NCBI GenBank assembly: GCA_963662445.1 | Contig: OY759590.1 | Location: 2,975,335-3,039,334 of the forward strand | From: Desulfarculia bacterium | Lineage (GTDB): Bacteria; Desulfobacterota; Desulfarculia; Adiutricales; JAGVGV01 | Length of the DNA stretch: 64,000 nucleotides | Direction of reading: 5' to 3' | Part shown: positions 8,652 through 19,401 of the stretch, piece after piece | Layout of the letters: every line of letters starts with the position of its first letter | Numbering within the stretch: the stretch's first letter is position 1 | Notes under the pieces: generated by a model | What the model was told of the DNA's origin: nothing | Database searches by the model: none | Seen by the model: the letters and a program-made list of their open reading frames with translations, nothing else | Made by a program: the position numbers and the translations under genes

Positions 8652-9983
8652 TTGATGACTTTGCGCATCGGCACTCTGGTCAGGTTTGTCAAAACCGACT
8701 TGTGGCGTATTCGCGGACGGGACCTGCCCAGGTCCAAGTTCGTGCTCATACGCCAGTTGCGGATTATTGTCCTGACCTTCCGGGGCCTGGCCGAAGACCA
8801 GTGGCAATTGAGGGCTTCGGCCTTGACCTATTTTTCGGCCCTGGGAGTCGTTCCCGCCCTGGCCATGGTCTTCGGCATAGCCAAGGGTTTCGGATTTGAG
8901 CGCAATCTGGAACGGGTCCTGATGGAGAAACTGGAAGGACAGGAGGAAATCGTCACCCGGATCGTCCAGTTCTCCCAGGGGCTGCTGGACAACGTCAAAG
9001 GCGGTTTGATCGCCGGCGTGGGTCTGCTGGCCCTGTTCTGGATCATCATCAAGCTGTTTTCCCAGATCGAAAGCGCCTTCAATGAAATATGGGGCGTCAA
9101 AAGGGGCCGCAGCACCGTCCGGAAGGTCACGGATTACCTGGCTATGATGCTTATCGGCCCGGTTCTCTTCCTGCTGGCCAGCACCGTCACAGTGCTGATC
9201 ACCAGCGGACTGAAGATGGTGGTGGAACAGATTTCCCTGCTGGCCGTGGTCAGTCCGCACATCTTTTTCCTGCTCAATCTTCTGCCTTACGCCGTCTTCT
9301 GGATACTGTTCACGCTTCTTTATGTCTTCATGCCCAACACCAGGGTCCGTTTCACCTCCGCCCTGGTGGGAGGAATCATCGCCGGAACGGTCTATCAGGT
9401 CTTTCAGTGGGGGTACATCAATTTCCAGTTCTGGGTCTCGCGGTACAACGCCATCTACGGAAGTTTCGCCGCCTTGCCGCTCTTTTTCATCTGGCTTCAT
9501 TTCAGTTGGCTGGTGGTGCTGCTGGGGGCGGAGATTGCCTTTGCCCACCAGAATGTGGATACTTACGAATTTGAGCAGGACTGCCGGACGGTCAGCGAAT
9601 CGTTTAAGAAGCTTCTGGCCTTGAGGATCGCTCATTTCCTGATCCAGGCCTTTGAAACAGGCGACCGCGCCATGACCGCCGAACACATATCCCATACATT
9701 GGAGATACCTTTTATTCTGGTCAACCAGATACTCTTCGAGCTGGTGGCCTCCGGAGTCGTTTCCGAAGTGAATCCGGACGGCGGCGAACGGCCGGTCTAT
9801 CAGCCTGGCCGGGACCCGGACGCCCTGACCGTCAAGGTGGTCCTCGATGCCCTGAGCCAGCGGGGAAGCAATGATATCCCGGTGGCCGAAACCGAGGAAT
9901 TGCACAGATTGGCCAAAACCCTGGAAGCCTTCGACCGAATGGTTGAAGCTTCCAGCGAGAACCGATTGCTTAAAGAAATTTAA
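8652..9983 (+). CDS. YihY/BrkB (virulence factor BrkB / RNase BN-like) family membrane protein with C-terminal soluble extension
   Basis: RASALTYFSALGVVPALAMVFGIAKGFG and multiple TM helices are typical of the YihY family. About 130 aa of soluble C-terminal tail follow. Confidence 0.8.
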   Translation: MMTLRIGTLVRFVKTDLWRIRGRDLPRSKFVLIRQLRIIVLTFRGLAEDQWQLRASALTYFSALGVVPALAMVFGIAKGFGFERNLERVLMEKLEGQEEIVTRIVQFSQGLLDNVKGGLIAGVGLLALFWIIIKLFSQIESAFNEIWGVKRGRSTVRKVTDYLAMMLIGPVLFLLASTVTVLITSGLKMVVEQISLLAVVSPHIFFLLNLLPYAVFWILFTLLYVFMPNTRVRFTSALVGGIIAGTVYQVFQWGYINFQFWVSRYNAIYGSFAALPLFFIWLHFSWLVVLLGAEIAFAHQNVDTYEFEQDCRTVSESFKKLLALRIAHFLIQAFETGDRAMTAEHISHTLEIPFILVNQILFELVASGVVSEVNPDGGERPVYQPGRDPDALTVKVVLDALSQRGSNDIPVAETEELHRLAKTLEAFDRMVEASSENRLLKEI

Positions 9984-10018
9984 CCGGCACATCTCTGCCG
10001 GTATTATATAATCGAATA

Positions 10019-11911
10019 ATGACCAGCCAAGAGACTCCCACCCGGTCCGGTCGGATCGGCAGCCACGGTTCGCGTCCGGACAAAGGCCCGGTCCGCCGGG
10101 ACTGGTTCTTTTTATTCATTGAAAAGTGCTCAATCCGTAAGACGCTGCTCATTCTGGGATTCCTGCTTCTGGTCCTTCCCTGCCTGACCTCGGCGGTTCA
10201 GGCACAGGATGTTCAGGGCGCGGCTTACACGCCGGTCATTGAAGGAGTGGCGGACAAGGAACTGGAGAGCCTGCTCATATCCGTCGCCGACACATTTTCC
10301 CTGCTTGATTCTCCCCCGGCCTCGCTCAGCCTGCTTAAAAGGCGCATCGACCGCGATGTCCCGCTGATGATGAAGGCCCTGCGCTCCTGGGGGTATTTCA
10401 AAGCACGGGTTGAAACCTCGGTCGAAAACGAGGGTGCAGCGCTCAAGGCCATCTTCAGCGTCACTACCGGCCCGGCTTTCACCTTGAGCGCAATCGCCAT
10501 CGAGCCTGCGGAACAAGACGCTTCTGGCGGATTTCAGCCCCCGGAGACCGGGGTGTTGGACCTGAAAACCGGTGCTCCTTTCAGAGCTTCGGCCATAGTG
10601 GACGCCCGGGACCGCCTGCTGGCCTTCCTGACCCGGCGAGGCTACCCCTTTCCCAAGGTCCGGGACACGAAGATCATTGCCGACCATGCCCTGGAAGCCG
10701 TGGAAGTGACTTACCTGGTCGATCCGGGGCCTCCGGCCGCTTTTGGAGAAGTCATAATAGACGGCCTGAATACAGTGGATGAGGAATATGTCCGCCGCCT
10801 CCTGCCCTGGAAGAAAGGCGACAGATTCAACGCCGCCCTTCTGACCGACGCCAGGGTCAAGTTGATTTCCACCGGCCTTTTCGCCGTGGCCAATTTAAAA
10901 AAGGAAGAAATAGATCCGGACGGCCGCCTGACAACCAGGCTGACTGTCCGTGAACGCAAACACCGGACTTTCAGAACCGGCGCAGGCTATCAGACCGATA
11001 CCGGTCTTGAAGGACGGGTGGAGTGGGAGCACCGCAATCTGCTTGGAGCGGGGGAGACCCTCAATCTCGGCATTTTGGCCAACGAAGTCGAAAGATATTT
11101 CGAGGCTAATTTCCGCAAACCAAACTTCTATTCCGAGGCCAATACCCTGGTGCTCAATTCCACCCTGGCCGACGAATTCAACGACGCCTACCGCAGCACG
11201 AGCTTCAAAAATACTGCCTCCATTGAACGCCGCCTGAACGCCACGACCACCGTGGGCCTTGGCCTGAGTTACCGTCTGGCCAAAATTGAGGACAACGACG
11301 AGACCTTCGGGCTTCTGTCCGTGCCGGGTTTTGTCACCGTTGACGCCAGCAACGACCTCCTTGACCCCACCGAGGGCGGAAGGCTGAGCGTCCAGGCCGC
11401 GCCGTTCACCGACGTCAGAGGGAACACCTCCGGTTTCATAAAGGCGCGGGCCGGATACGCTCATTATTTCCCCCTGAACACGGCGCGTAGTCTGGTGTTG
11501 GCTCTGCGTGGGGCTTACGGAACCATCTACGGCGGCGACCTGGAACAGGTACCCCAGGATGAGCTCTTTTACGCCGGCGGCGGGGGCTCTGTGCGCGGGT
11601 ACCGCTACCAGACGGCCGGAGACATGAAAGACGGGGAACCGGTCGGCGGAGTCGGTCTGCTGGAGCTGTCCGGGGAGTTGCGTTACCGTTTCAGCCGGAC
11701 CCTGGGCGCGGCTATATTCATCGACGGCGGCCGGGCCTTCAGCACGGGCATACCCGATCCCGAGGAAGACCTGTTGTGGGGAACCGGTCTGGGCTTCCGC
11801 TACTATACGCCCATAGGCCCGCTCAGAATCGATTTAGCCCTGCCTCTGGACCGGCGCGAATCCCAGGACGACGCCTACCAGATCTACGTCAGCCTGGGCC
11901 AGGCCTTCTGA
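10019..11911 (+). CDS. tamA: Outer-membrane protein assembly factor, BamA/TamA family (POTRA + Omp85 barrel)
   Basis: Signal-peptide-like LLILGFLLLVLPCLTSAVQA, POTRA-like repeats, and a C-terminal barrel ending YQIYVSLGQAF (terminal aromatic residue). It is followed by tamB with a TGATG overlap. The true start may lie downstream of 10019. Confidence 0.8.
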   Translation: MTSQETPTRSGRIGSHGSRPDKGPVRRDWFFLFIEKCSIRKTLLILGFLLLVLPCLTSAVQAQDVQGAAYTPVIEGVADKELESLLISVADTFSLLDSPPASLSLLKRRIDRDVPLMMKALRSWGYFKARVETSVENEGAALKAIFSVTTGPAFTLSAIAIEPAEQDASGGFQPPETGVLDLKTGAPFRASAIVDARDRLLAFLTRRGYPFPKVRDTKIIADHALEAVEVTYLVDPGPPAAFGEVIIDGLNTVDEEYVRRLLPWKKGDRFNAALLTDARVKLISTGLFAVANLKKEEIDPDGRLTTRLTVRERKHRTFRTGAGYQTDTGLEGRVEWEHRNLLGAGETLNLGILANEVERYFEANFRKPNFYSEANTLVLNSTLADEFNDAYRSTSFKNTASIERRLNATTTVGLGLSYRLAKIEDNDETFGLLSVPGFVTVDASNDLLDPTEGGRLSVQAAPFTDVRGNTSGFIKARAGYAHYFPLNTARSLVLALRGAYGTIYGGDLEQVPQDELFYAGGGGSVRGYRYQTAGDMKDGEPVGGVGLLELSGELRYRFSRTLGAAIFIDGGRAFSTGIPDPEEDLLWGTGLGFRYYTPIGPLRIDLALPLDRRESQDDAYQIYVSLGQAF

Positions 11912-14900
11912 TGTCAGTCGTAACGAAAAGACTGAAATGGCTCAAATGGACCGCCGGAATAACGGCCGGCCTTTTCCTGCTGGTTCTTCTGGCGGCCGCC
12001 GGAAGCCTGGCCCTGCTGCGGACCGAAACCGGACAGCGCAGCTTGGCCGCCCTCATTTCCCGCCTTGTTTCGAGTGATTCACTCAAACTTGAACTTCAAG
12101 GTTTGGGCGGCCGGATACCCTGGGAAGTGCAACTGCAAGGATTCACTCTGGCCGACGCGGAAGGCGTTTGGCTCGAAGGAAACGAGCTCTTGCTCTCTCT
12201 CGAACCGGCCGATCTCTTCCGGGGCAGACTGCATCTGCCGGAAATCAGGCTCAAGAGCCTGCGCCTCGACAGGATTCCGCAATCAACCGGCCAGGCTGAC
12301 GGCGGCTTCAATCCGGACGACCTCAAATTTCCTCCCGTGCAGGTTGACCGCCTGGCCCTGGAAAGCCTTGAACTCGGACCAACATTGTCGGCCCTGGGAC
12401 GGGCCTATACCTTTACAGGGCGATGGGTCTCGCTGAATGATGAAGCCGCTGTCGAACTGAACCTGGATGACGGGGAAAAGGCCTTCGAAGCTCTGGCGCT
12501 TAAGGCCCGTTGGCTCAGGAGCAGCGGCCTTCTCGGTATTGATCTGCGGTTCCACGACGGGCCGGACGGTCTGCTGAAAAAACTCCTGGGCCTGCCCTCG
12601 GAACGGCCTGTCTCGCTTTCTTTGACCGGGCATGGACCCTTGCGCCGCTGGCCGGGGATTTTGAACCTTGATTGGGAAGAAAACCTCGCCCTTCAGACGG
12701 ACCTTTTGCTCTCCCTGAATGACGGCCTCGCCTTCGAATTGAAAGGCAGCGCCAGGGCCGGAACCGGCCTGCTGCCGGAAAAGGCTGCTGAATTCTCCGG
12801 CCGGGAGGCCGCTTACGGCCTTTCCGGACGGCTCTCCGGAGAATACCTGCTTACTGTGGACAAGCTGAATTTATCCACGGAGACCGCCGAACTGTCCTTG
12901 AGCGGCTCGCTAGACCTGAATTCCCTGAATGTGGACGGACGCTTCGATCTGACGCCGAAAGCCCCCGAGCCGTTGCTTGCCCGGTACGGGGCTCTGGTCA
13001 AGAGCGGCGCACAGTTGATCTGCCGCTTCAAAGGTGCGCTGTACGAGCCGGAGCTGCATCTGAAACTGACATCTGGACCGGCGGCCTATCCGCCTGTCTC
13101 GGCCGAAGCCATCAGCCTGGAACTTGATGCCAGACCGTCCGGAGTCCTGACTTCCGGCTTTCCAGGCCTGGAAGCCAACGGCCGCCTACTGCTTAACGGG
13201 CTTAAGCATCCGGGCTATGAACACGGTGACGAAACCGGGATAAATTTCTCCGCCGTTCTCGACAGTAATTACCGCCTGGATATCAAATCCCTGGATCTGA
13301 AAACAACCGGCCTGACCCTTTCCGGCTGTGGAACCTTGGTGCTTGACTCCCTCAAACTGGATATGTGGGCCAGGGCCGACCTCGATGAACCGGCCTGGGT
13401 GGAAGGCATCTCTTCCAGCGGCCTAACCGGGCGCCTGCGCCTCAATGCCGAAGCCAGGGGCGATTTGAGCCGCCGCACGCTGGCCTCCTCCTTCTCCGGA
13501 CGGCTGAGCAATATCAAAGGCCTGCCCGAGGAAGCCTCCGCCTTGCTCGGCGGGCCGGTCGAAATCTCGGGCCTTTTCGATTGGGATGGGGACCTGCTCG
13601 CTTTCCGGGAAGTGGAACTCAGGAGCGCCAGCCTTCTCAAGGGCGGTGGAGATATCGACCTGGGCCGGAGAAGCCTTGCAATCGGTTGGACCATGGACGT
13701 GGCCGGTCTGGAAGCACCGGCCGCAGGATACGGACTTAAGGTCAGTGAACCGGTCCGGATAAACGGCCGCTTGGCCGGGACTTTTGACGATTTTTCCCTG
13801 GACGCCGGACTGGCCGCCACGACCTTGGAACACAGCGGCCTGATTTTTGAAAACCTCGCCGCCAACCTGAAGATGAAAGGCCTCCCGTCGGCCGTGGCCG
13901 GTTCGATCGACCTGTCCTGCTCCAGCCGGGGCGGGGACATCAAGACCGCGACAGATTTCAGCTACTCCGCGCCTATGTTGTCGGTGGAACGGTTGACGGC
14001 GGCTGCGCCGGGCGTCTCATTGACAGCCGGTTTCCGCTATGACGCTTCTTCCGGTCTGACGGACGGCCGGGCCGCCCTTGAGGCGGAAAGTCTCAAAACC
14101 GTCTCCATGATGCTGGACCTGCCGGTTTCTGGAACTGTAAAAGCCGATGTGGACCTTTCCGCCGAAACCAAGAGACAGAAAGCCGTTCTGCGGGCCGCCG
14201 TGGCCGGTCTGGACTGGGACGGCATGCGTATGGGCCGGGCGGAACTGCGGGCGCAGCTGGATGATCTGCTGGCCGTCCCGGCCGGTGAAGCTGTTCTCGA
14301 CCTGAAAAATCTGCGTTATCAGGATTATCTGTTGGAAGAAGGCCGTCTCGAGATGAACGGCCGCATGGCGGAGACAGATTTCACAGCCAGGCTCCAGGGA
14401 AAGGCCCCGCAATTTTTTCTGCTCAACTGCACCGGAACGGCGGGCCTGAACAAGGAGTTGCTTACGCTGGACCTCAAGAGCCTTTCCGGGCGGATTGAAC
14501 GTCATTCATTCCGTCTTCTCCAACCGGCCTTGCTCCGTAAAGACGGTGATCGGATAAATATCACCGGCCTCGAGCTGAGGATGGCCGGAGGCCGTCTCAA
14601 GGCAGAAGCCGCGATTGACGCCGTAAGCGCCGCTTTGGCAATCACCGCCGACCGCCTGCCCCTTTCTCCTCTGAACATGTTCAGTCCTGTCCAGATCAAC
14701 GGCTTGGCTGGCGGCCGGATAGACCTGCAAGGACCTCTGGAAGCCCCGGTGCTTGATGTGAATCTGGTTGTTTCCGATTTCAGGCCCGCCCTGGCTACCG
14801 GCGCTAAGGCCCCCGCTGCGGAGCTGAAGCTCACTGGACGGCTGGCCCAAGGCCGTCTCTCCGCCCAGGCCTCCGTTGAAGGCCTCGGCCCCAGGCCGGG

Positions 14901-16266
14901 CAGCGCCGAGTTTGATTGTCAGGCCTTCCTGAAACTTCGCCCCTTCAAACTGGACCTGCCCGCGGATTCTCCGGTGCGGGGCAGGATAACCAGCGATGTG
15001 GATCTGGGGATAATCCCGCTGCTCCTGGCTTTGGACGATCAGAATCTGTCTGGACTGGCTAACGCCGACGCAACCATAGGCGGGACGCTGGGCAAGCCCA
15101 GGATTGAGGGAACCGTCGCGCTGGACGGGGGCCGCTATGAAAATATCCGGATCGGCGCAATATTGGAGAACATCAAGGCCGATATCGGGCTGGAAGGCGA
15201 CAGGCTGACCCTGAAGAGTCTCAAGGCCACCGATGGCGCGAAAGGCCGGATCAATGCTGAAGGCGGGCTTTCCATTGATGCGGAAAAGAAATACCCCTTT
15301 GACCTGGCTTTCCGGCTGACAGATGCCCAGTTGGTCAGGCTTGACATCTTTTCGGCCAACACGTCGGGTGCACTGACCTTGAACGGCGATATGGAGCAGG
15401 CCCGGCTTGAAGGCCGCCTCCTCCTGGCTCCCGCCGAACTGCGTGTTCCCGAAAATCTGCCGCCCAGCCTGGTCGAACTGGATGTGACCGAAATCAATAC
15501 GGAAGAGGGAGCAGCCCGGAAGCAGGGTCAGAAGGCAGGAGACGGCTACCGGTTCGCTTTTGCCGTGGACGTGGCCATGAGGGAAAGGTTCTATGTCCGA
15601 GGGCGGGGGCTGGACAGTGAATGGCGGGGGAATCTGAGCGTCGGCGGGACGGCTGAGCAACCTCGCATTACCGGGGAATTACAGGTCATCAGAGGCAAGT
15701 TCGTCTTTCTGGACCGGGGGTTCAACCTGACCCAGGGAACGCTGCTTTTTGACGGCTCATCCCCGCCCGCGCCCCTTATCAGCCTCACCGGGGAAGCAAC
15801 CATCCAGAGCACTACCGCCCGCGTGCGGCTTACCGGTCTGGCCGCGTCCCCCAAAATCGAACTCAGCTCCGACCCGTATCTGCCTTCCGACGAAGTCCTG
15901 GCCCTGATCCTCTTCGGGCGGTCTCTGAGCAGTATTTCCCCCCTGCAAGCTCTTCGTCTGGCCCAGGCTGTCAATAAGCTGGCTGGAGGCAAGGGGCCTT
16001 CGCTCGACATCATGGGCATGACCAGGGAGATACTTCACGTTGATGATATTGATATTCGGCAGCAGGAAACCGGGGGGGGAGCCACAGTGGGAGTGGGTAA
16101 ATACCTGGCCGAAAACATCTACCTGCGGGCCGAAACCGGAGTGGCGGGCTCCATCGGCGGACGGGTCTCCGTTGAAGTTGAACTGACCCCTCACCTCAGC
16201 CTGGAAACCGAGGTCGGGTCGGATTCACAAGGCGGTTTGGGCCTGAACTGGAAAATAGATTACTGA
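11911..16266 (+). CDS. tamB: Translocation and assembly module protein TamB (DUF490 C-terminus)
   Basis: ATG 11911 overlaps the tamA stop. There is an N-terminal anchor (WTAGITAGLFLLVLLAAAGSLALL). The 1451-aa repetitive beta-rich protein has a C-terminus (PYLPSDEVLALILFGR...GLGLNWKIDY) typical of TamB. Confidence 0.85.
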   Translation: MSVVTKRLKWLKWTAGITAGLFLLVLLAAAGSLALLRTETGQRSLAALISRLVSSDSLKLELQGLGGRIPWEVQLQGFTLADAEGVWLEGNELLLSLEPADLFRGRLHLPEIRLKSLRLDRIPQSTGQADGGFNPDDLKFPPVQVDRLALESLELGPTLSALGRAYTFTGRWVSLNDEAAVELNLDDGEKAFEALALKARWLRSSGLLGIDLRFHDGPDGLLKKLLGLPSERPVSLSLTGHGPLRRWPGILNLDWEENLALQTDLLLSLNDGLAFELKGSARAGTGLLPEKAAEFSGREAAYGLSGRLSGEYLLTVDKLNLSTETAELSLSGSLDLNSLNVDGRFDLTPKAPEPLLARYGALVKSGAQLICRFKGALYEPELHLKLTSGPAAYPPVSAEAISLELDARPSGVLTSGFPGLEANGRLLLNGLKHPGYEHGDETGINFSAVLDSNYRLDIKSLDLKTTGLTLSGCGTLVLDSLKLDMWARADLDEPAWVEGISSSGLTGRLRLNAEARGDLSRRTLASSFSGRLSNIKGLPEEASALLGGPVEISGLFDWDGDLLAFREVELRSASLLKGGGDIDLGRRSLAIGWTMDVAGLEAPAAGYGLKVSEPVRINGRLAGTFDDFSLDAGLAATTLEHSGLIFENLAANLKMKGLPSAVAGSIDLSCSSRGGDIKTATDFSYSAPMLSVERLTAAAPGVSLTAGFRYDASSGLTDGRAALEAESLKTVSMMLDLPVSGTVKADVDLSAETKRQKAVLRAAVAGLDWDGMRMGRAELRAQLDDLLAVPAGEAVLDLKNLRYQDYLLEEGRLEMNGRMAETDFTARLQGKAPQFFLLNCTGTAGLNKELLTLDLKSLSGRIERHSFRLLQPALLRKDGDRINITGLELRMAGGRLKAEAAIDAVSAALAITADRLPLSPLNMFSPVQINGLAGGRIDLQGPLEAPVLDVNLVVSDFRPALATGAKAPAAELKLTGRLAQGRLSAQASVEGLGPRPGSAEFDCQAFLKLRPFKLDLPADSPVRGRITSDVDLGIIPLLLALDDQNLSGLANADATIGGTLGKPRIEGTVALDGGRYENIRIGAILENIKADIGLEGDRLTLKSLKATDGAKGRINAEGGLSIDAEKKYPFDLAFRLTDAQLVRLDIFSANTSGALTLNGDMEQARLEGRLLLAPAELRVPENLPPSLVELDVTEINTEEGAARKQGQKAGDGYRFAFAVDVAMRERFYVRGRGLDSEWRGNLSVGGTAEQPRITGELQVIRGKFVFLDRGFNLTQGTLLFDGSSPPAPLISLTGEATIQSTTARVRLTGLAASPKIELSSDPYLPSDEVLALILFGRSLSSISPLQALRLAQAVNKLAGGKGPSLDIMGMTREILHVDDIDIRQQETGGGATVGVGKYLAENIYLRAETGVAGSIGGRVSVEVELTPHLSLETEVGSDSQGGLGLNWKIDY

Positions 16267-16276
16267 CCCCCTGGCC

Positions 16277-17653
16277 TCATTTCCCGCTGAAATCCGCGCA
16301 TTCAAAGAGCAGACTGGGGACCAGCAGGCTGGAGAACTGCCAGGCATCATCGCCTGCCTCCATGAGCGACGGCCAGAGTTTCCGGAAATTACCCGACATG
16401 TTCATGCCGTCCACAGGATGAAGTATCCGGCCCTGTCTGACCCGGTAGCCGTTTATTCCGAAAGAAAAATCACCCGTTGTGGGGTTGTGGTTGCCGCCCA
16501 GAAAACCGGTCACGGCCAGCCCCTCGCCCAGATCGGCCAGCATTTCACGAAATCCGGCCTTGACCGTGGGCTGGAGAACGATGTTGGACGGTGAAGCCGT
16601 GGTGGGCTGCATATTCAGAACCCTGGCGTGAAAAGTATCCAGATAAAAATTTTTAAGGATGCCTTTTTCTATGAGCGGCATAGGGGTTGAAGCCGCGCCT
16701 TCCTCGTCGAACCAGCGGGAGCCGAGCCTGCCCGGCAGGCCGGGTGCATCCGTCAGGGTCAGAAGAGGGCAGGCGACCGGGCAGCCGGACTGTCCGGACA
16801 GGAAACTCTGGCCGTGGTATATGTTCTGGCCGGAAAGAGGGGACAGTAAAGCCGAAACCAGCCTGAGGGCTGCGGTGTTTTCCACCAGGACCGTATATCT
16901 GCCCGAAGCAACCGGGCGGGCTTCCAGTTGTCCGGCGGCCCGGGCGACGGCTTCGCGGGCGGCTTGATGCACGGCTCTTTCCGGCTGCCAATCCTGAAAA
17001 GACGCAAAGTGAACGCCGAAACCGCCCAGACGCCTCTGGCCTTTCCTGCTCGGGTCCATGATGCCGATCTGGGAACTGACCGACCAGGAAGTCTTGCTCA
17101 TGGCCCCGGCGAAACCATTGGAGGCCGCGTGATAGAGGTGCGTGAACGACCTGGAGGCGGCCCCATTGACGGTGACCGGGTCAACGCCCAGGGCTTCCGC
17201 TTCGGACCTGAGCGCCTCTTCCGCCTGTTTGGCCAGTCTGTTGATGGTCAGGGCGTCCAGATCGGCCACTTCTTCGGCAAAGAGTTTCAGGTCCTCGGGA
17301 GGCCTTGCCGCATATCTGCCCGGATCGGGCAGGGACCGGGCCTCCTCCGGCTCCAACTCTCTGGTCAGCGTGATGGACCGCTGGATAAAGTCCCGCAAGG
17401 CCTCATCTCTCAGGTCGTTGGTGGAATAGCTGCCGTAACGCTTGTTGACGAACAGGCTTACGGAAAGGCCTTGCGGCCGGGAGGACCGGGCTTCCTCCAT
17501 CTCTCCGTCGCGGTAGGCCGCCGACAGACTCCCGGCCTGGGCCAGGGTGACCGAGGCTTGGTCCGAACCGGCCTCTTGCGCCAGGGAAAGGACGAAATCG
17601 CCTGTTGCCGCCAGATTGTCTATAATATGCTCAAACACTTCCGCCCCCCACAT
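16277..17653 (-). CDS. pmbA: PmbA/TldE family metalloprotease component
   Basis: TldD/PmbA-fold protein immediately downstream of tldD. I chose ATG 17653 (23-nt overlap with tldD); GTG 17638 is an alternative. The longer ORF to 17842 would overlap tldD heavily. Confidence 0.8.
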   Translation of the reverse strand: MWGAEVFEHIIDNLAATGDFVLSLAQEAGSDQASVTLAQAGSLSAAYRDGEMEEARSSRPQGLSVSLFVNKRYGSYSTNDLRDEALRDFIQRSITLTRELEPEEARSLPDPGRYAARPPEDLKLFAEEVADLDALTINRLAKQAEEALRSEAEALGVDPVTVNGAASRSFTHLYHAASNGFAGAMSKTSWSVSSQIGIMDPSRKGQRRLGGFGVHFASFQDWQPERAVHQAAREAVARAAGQLEARPVASGRYTVLVENTAALRLVSALLSPLSGQNIYHGQSFLSGQSGCPVACPLLTLTDAPGLPGRLGSRWFDEEGAASTPMPLIEKGILKNFYLDTFHARVLNMQPTTASPSNIVLQPTVKAGFREMLADLGEGLAVTGFLGGNHNPTTGDFSFGINGYRVRQGRILHPVDGMNMSGNFRKLWPSLMEAGDDAWQFSSLLVPSLLFECADFSGK

Positions 17654-19112
17654 TGATTGAGGAAACAAGCACCGTAGGCAGTCCATAGCCGACCGGCACG
17701 CTCTGGCCTTTCTTGCCGCAGGTACCGCCCGATTGATCCAGCGAGAGATTATCACCGACCATGGTGATGCGGGAGAGTATTTCCGGGCCGTTGCCGATGA
17801 TGTTGACATCCTTGACCGGGTGGGTGAGGCGTCCGTTTTCAATGGCCCAGCCGTTTTTGACGTAGAAAGTGAAGTTGCCCGAGGCGATATCCACCTGTCC
17901 GTTGGTGAATTTTTCGGCGTAAAGGCCTCTTTTCACCGAGGCCGTGATCTCTTCCGGCGAATGGGGGCCGGCCTCCATGTACGTCGACCGCATGCGGGGC
18001 ATGGGCGGATGTTCAAAGCTCTGACGGCGTCCCGAGCCTGTTGAAGGCGTCTTGAAGTGAGCGGAAGTGAGCCGGTCGTGCAGGTACGAACGAAGACGGC
18101 CGTTTTCGACCAGAACCGTCCGCTGGGTTCCGTTGCCTTCATCATCGAAGTTGATGGAGCCCCGGTCCTGCGGAACCGTGCCGTCGTCGACAATGGTGAC
18201 CAGGCCGGAGGCCACCCGTTCCCCCAGCCTGCCGGAATAGGCGGAAAGCCCCCTTCTGCTGAAATCGGCCTCCAGGCCGTGCCCCACGGCTTCATGCAGA
18301 AGTATGCCCGCCGATCCCGCAGCCAGCACGCAGGGCATTTCTCCTCCGGACATGGGCCTGGCCTCGAAGAGCAGCATGGTTGAGGCCGCCGCTTCCCTGG
18401 CCGTCGCCTCGATCCGGGCCGTGGTCAGGTAGTCTCTGCCCGCCCTGGCGGCTATCTGGGCGGAATTGGACTCGCGCCGCCCCGCTTTCTCTGCTGCGCA
18501 AACGGCCTTGAAGACAACGGCCGGACGCAGTTCCGACCTCAATACCCCTTCACTGGTGGCCAGCATTATCCGGGATTCGGAATCGGACAAATGCAGAATG
18601 GTTTTGGTCACCGCCGGATCGGAACCGGTCATCAGTTTTTCGGCCCGCCGGAGCAGTTCTATTCTGTGCCGGGTTGAGCCGGGGGGCTGGTCCCGCCACG
18701 GAAAAATGTTGGCTTCACGGCGCAAGCAGTCCGGAAGGCTGCGGACCGGCAAAGCCTCTCCGCCTCCCGGACAGGCCAGCATCGCGGCCGACCCCGCGGC
18801 CTCCAGCATGGATGGGAGATCCAGTATCTGGGTGGAGGCGAACCCGACCTTCTCTCCATTGATAACCCTGACGCCAAGGCCGACCTTGGTGCTGGTGTAG
18901 GCCTGATTGACCCGGCCTTCCTCCATGACCATCGATTCAGCGGTTCTGTGCTGAAAAAACAAGTCGCAATAATCGCCACCTCGGTTCAAGGCCGTGGCCA
19001 TTATCTTGAAAATAATCCCATGATCCAGGCCCCAGCAGGATTCGAAGTATTCTTCAATTCCTTTTTCCTGGTCAGGCGATGTGGAGCAAATTATGGGAGT
19101 TACGGCGGTCAT
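17631..19112 (-). CDS. tldD: Metalloprotease TldD
   Basis: Contains the HEAVGHGLEADF zinc-binding motif and TldD-like length and organisation. Confidence 0.85.
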   Translation of the reverse strand: MTAVTPIICSTSPDQEKGIEEYFESCWGLDHGIIFKIMATALNRGGDYCDLFFQHRTAESMVMEEGRVNQAYTSTKVGLGVRVINGEKVGFASTQILDLPSMLEAAGSAAMLACPGGGEALPVRSLPDCLRREANIFPWRDQPPGSTRHRIELLRRAEKLMTGSDPAVTKTILHLSDSESRIMLATSEGVLRSELRPAVVFKAVCAAEKAGRRESNSAQIAARAGRDYLTTARIEATAREAAASTMLLFEARPMSGGEMPCVLAAGSAGILLHEAVGHGLEADFSRRGLSAYSGRLGERVASGLVTIVDDGTVPQDRGSINFDDEGNGTQRTVLVENGRLRSYLHDRLTSAHFKTPSTGSGRRQSFEHPPMPRMRSTYMEAGPHSPEEITASVKRGLYAEKFTNGQVDIASGNFTFYVKNGWAIENGRLTHPVKDVNIIGNGPEILSRITMVGDNLSLDQSGGTCGKKGQSVPVGYGLPTVLVSSINVGGGSV

Positions 19113-19401
19113 TGATCTTCCATCCTATACGGTATTCAAAGCGATAAAAAACATAACGTTTGCACAAAATGAAAAAACGGGCGGCCATTCCCTGACTGCG
19201 GGCTCGGCGGCCTTGCGGACGGGGCGATTTGGACTTTTGCAGTATGGGCGAAGGCGGTGAGTAAGGCAACAGCGGTTGTTAATTTTTTTACCGTCTTATT
19301 CGGACACGAAATGTTGGGCTTGTCAAAACAACAAGTTGAGTGTAATTCTAAGCATTATAACAGCACCGCCGCACGCGGGTCGGTGTCATCCGAACAAAAC
19401 A

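Noticed and set aside
8445-9992. 515-aa minus-strand ORF antisense to the yihY-like gene. Similar long antisense ORFs occur at 305-1153, 4137-5444, 14506-15660, 21504-22523, 34884-36215, 37528-38382, 41321-42190 and 46435-47808.
   Set aside because: These are shadow ORFs typical of GC-rich coding DNA. Each lies opposite a gene with unmistakable family motifs (for example rpsA, the REC-TPR gene and tamB). Their translations are low-complexity (G/P/R/H/Q-rich) with no recognisable domains.
11776-11910. N-terminal 45-codon extension of the tamB ORF given by the ORF track
   Set aside because: The extension lies entirely within the tamA coding region. ATG 11911 overlaps the tamA stop (TGATG) and is followed immediately by the expected membrane-anchor helix.
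16277-19112. TldD/PmbA pair as part of a microcin B17-like peptide maturation cluster
   Set aside because: There is no precursor peptide, cyclodehydratase or dehydrogenase (McbBCD-like), and no export or immunity genes nearby. TldD/PmbA pairs are common housekeeping proteases.
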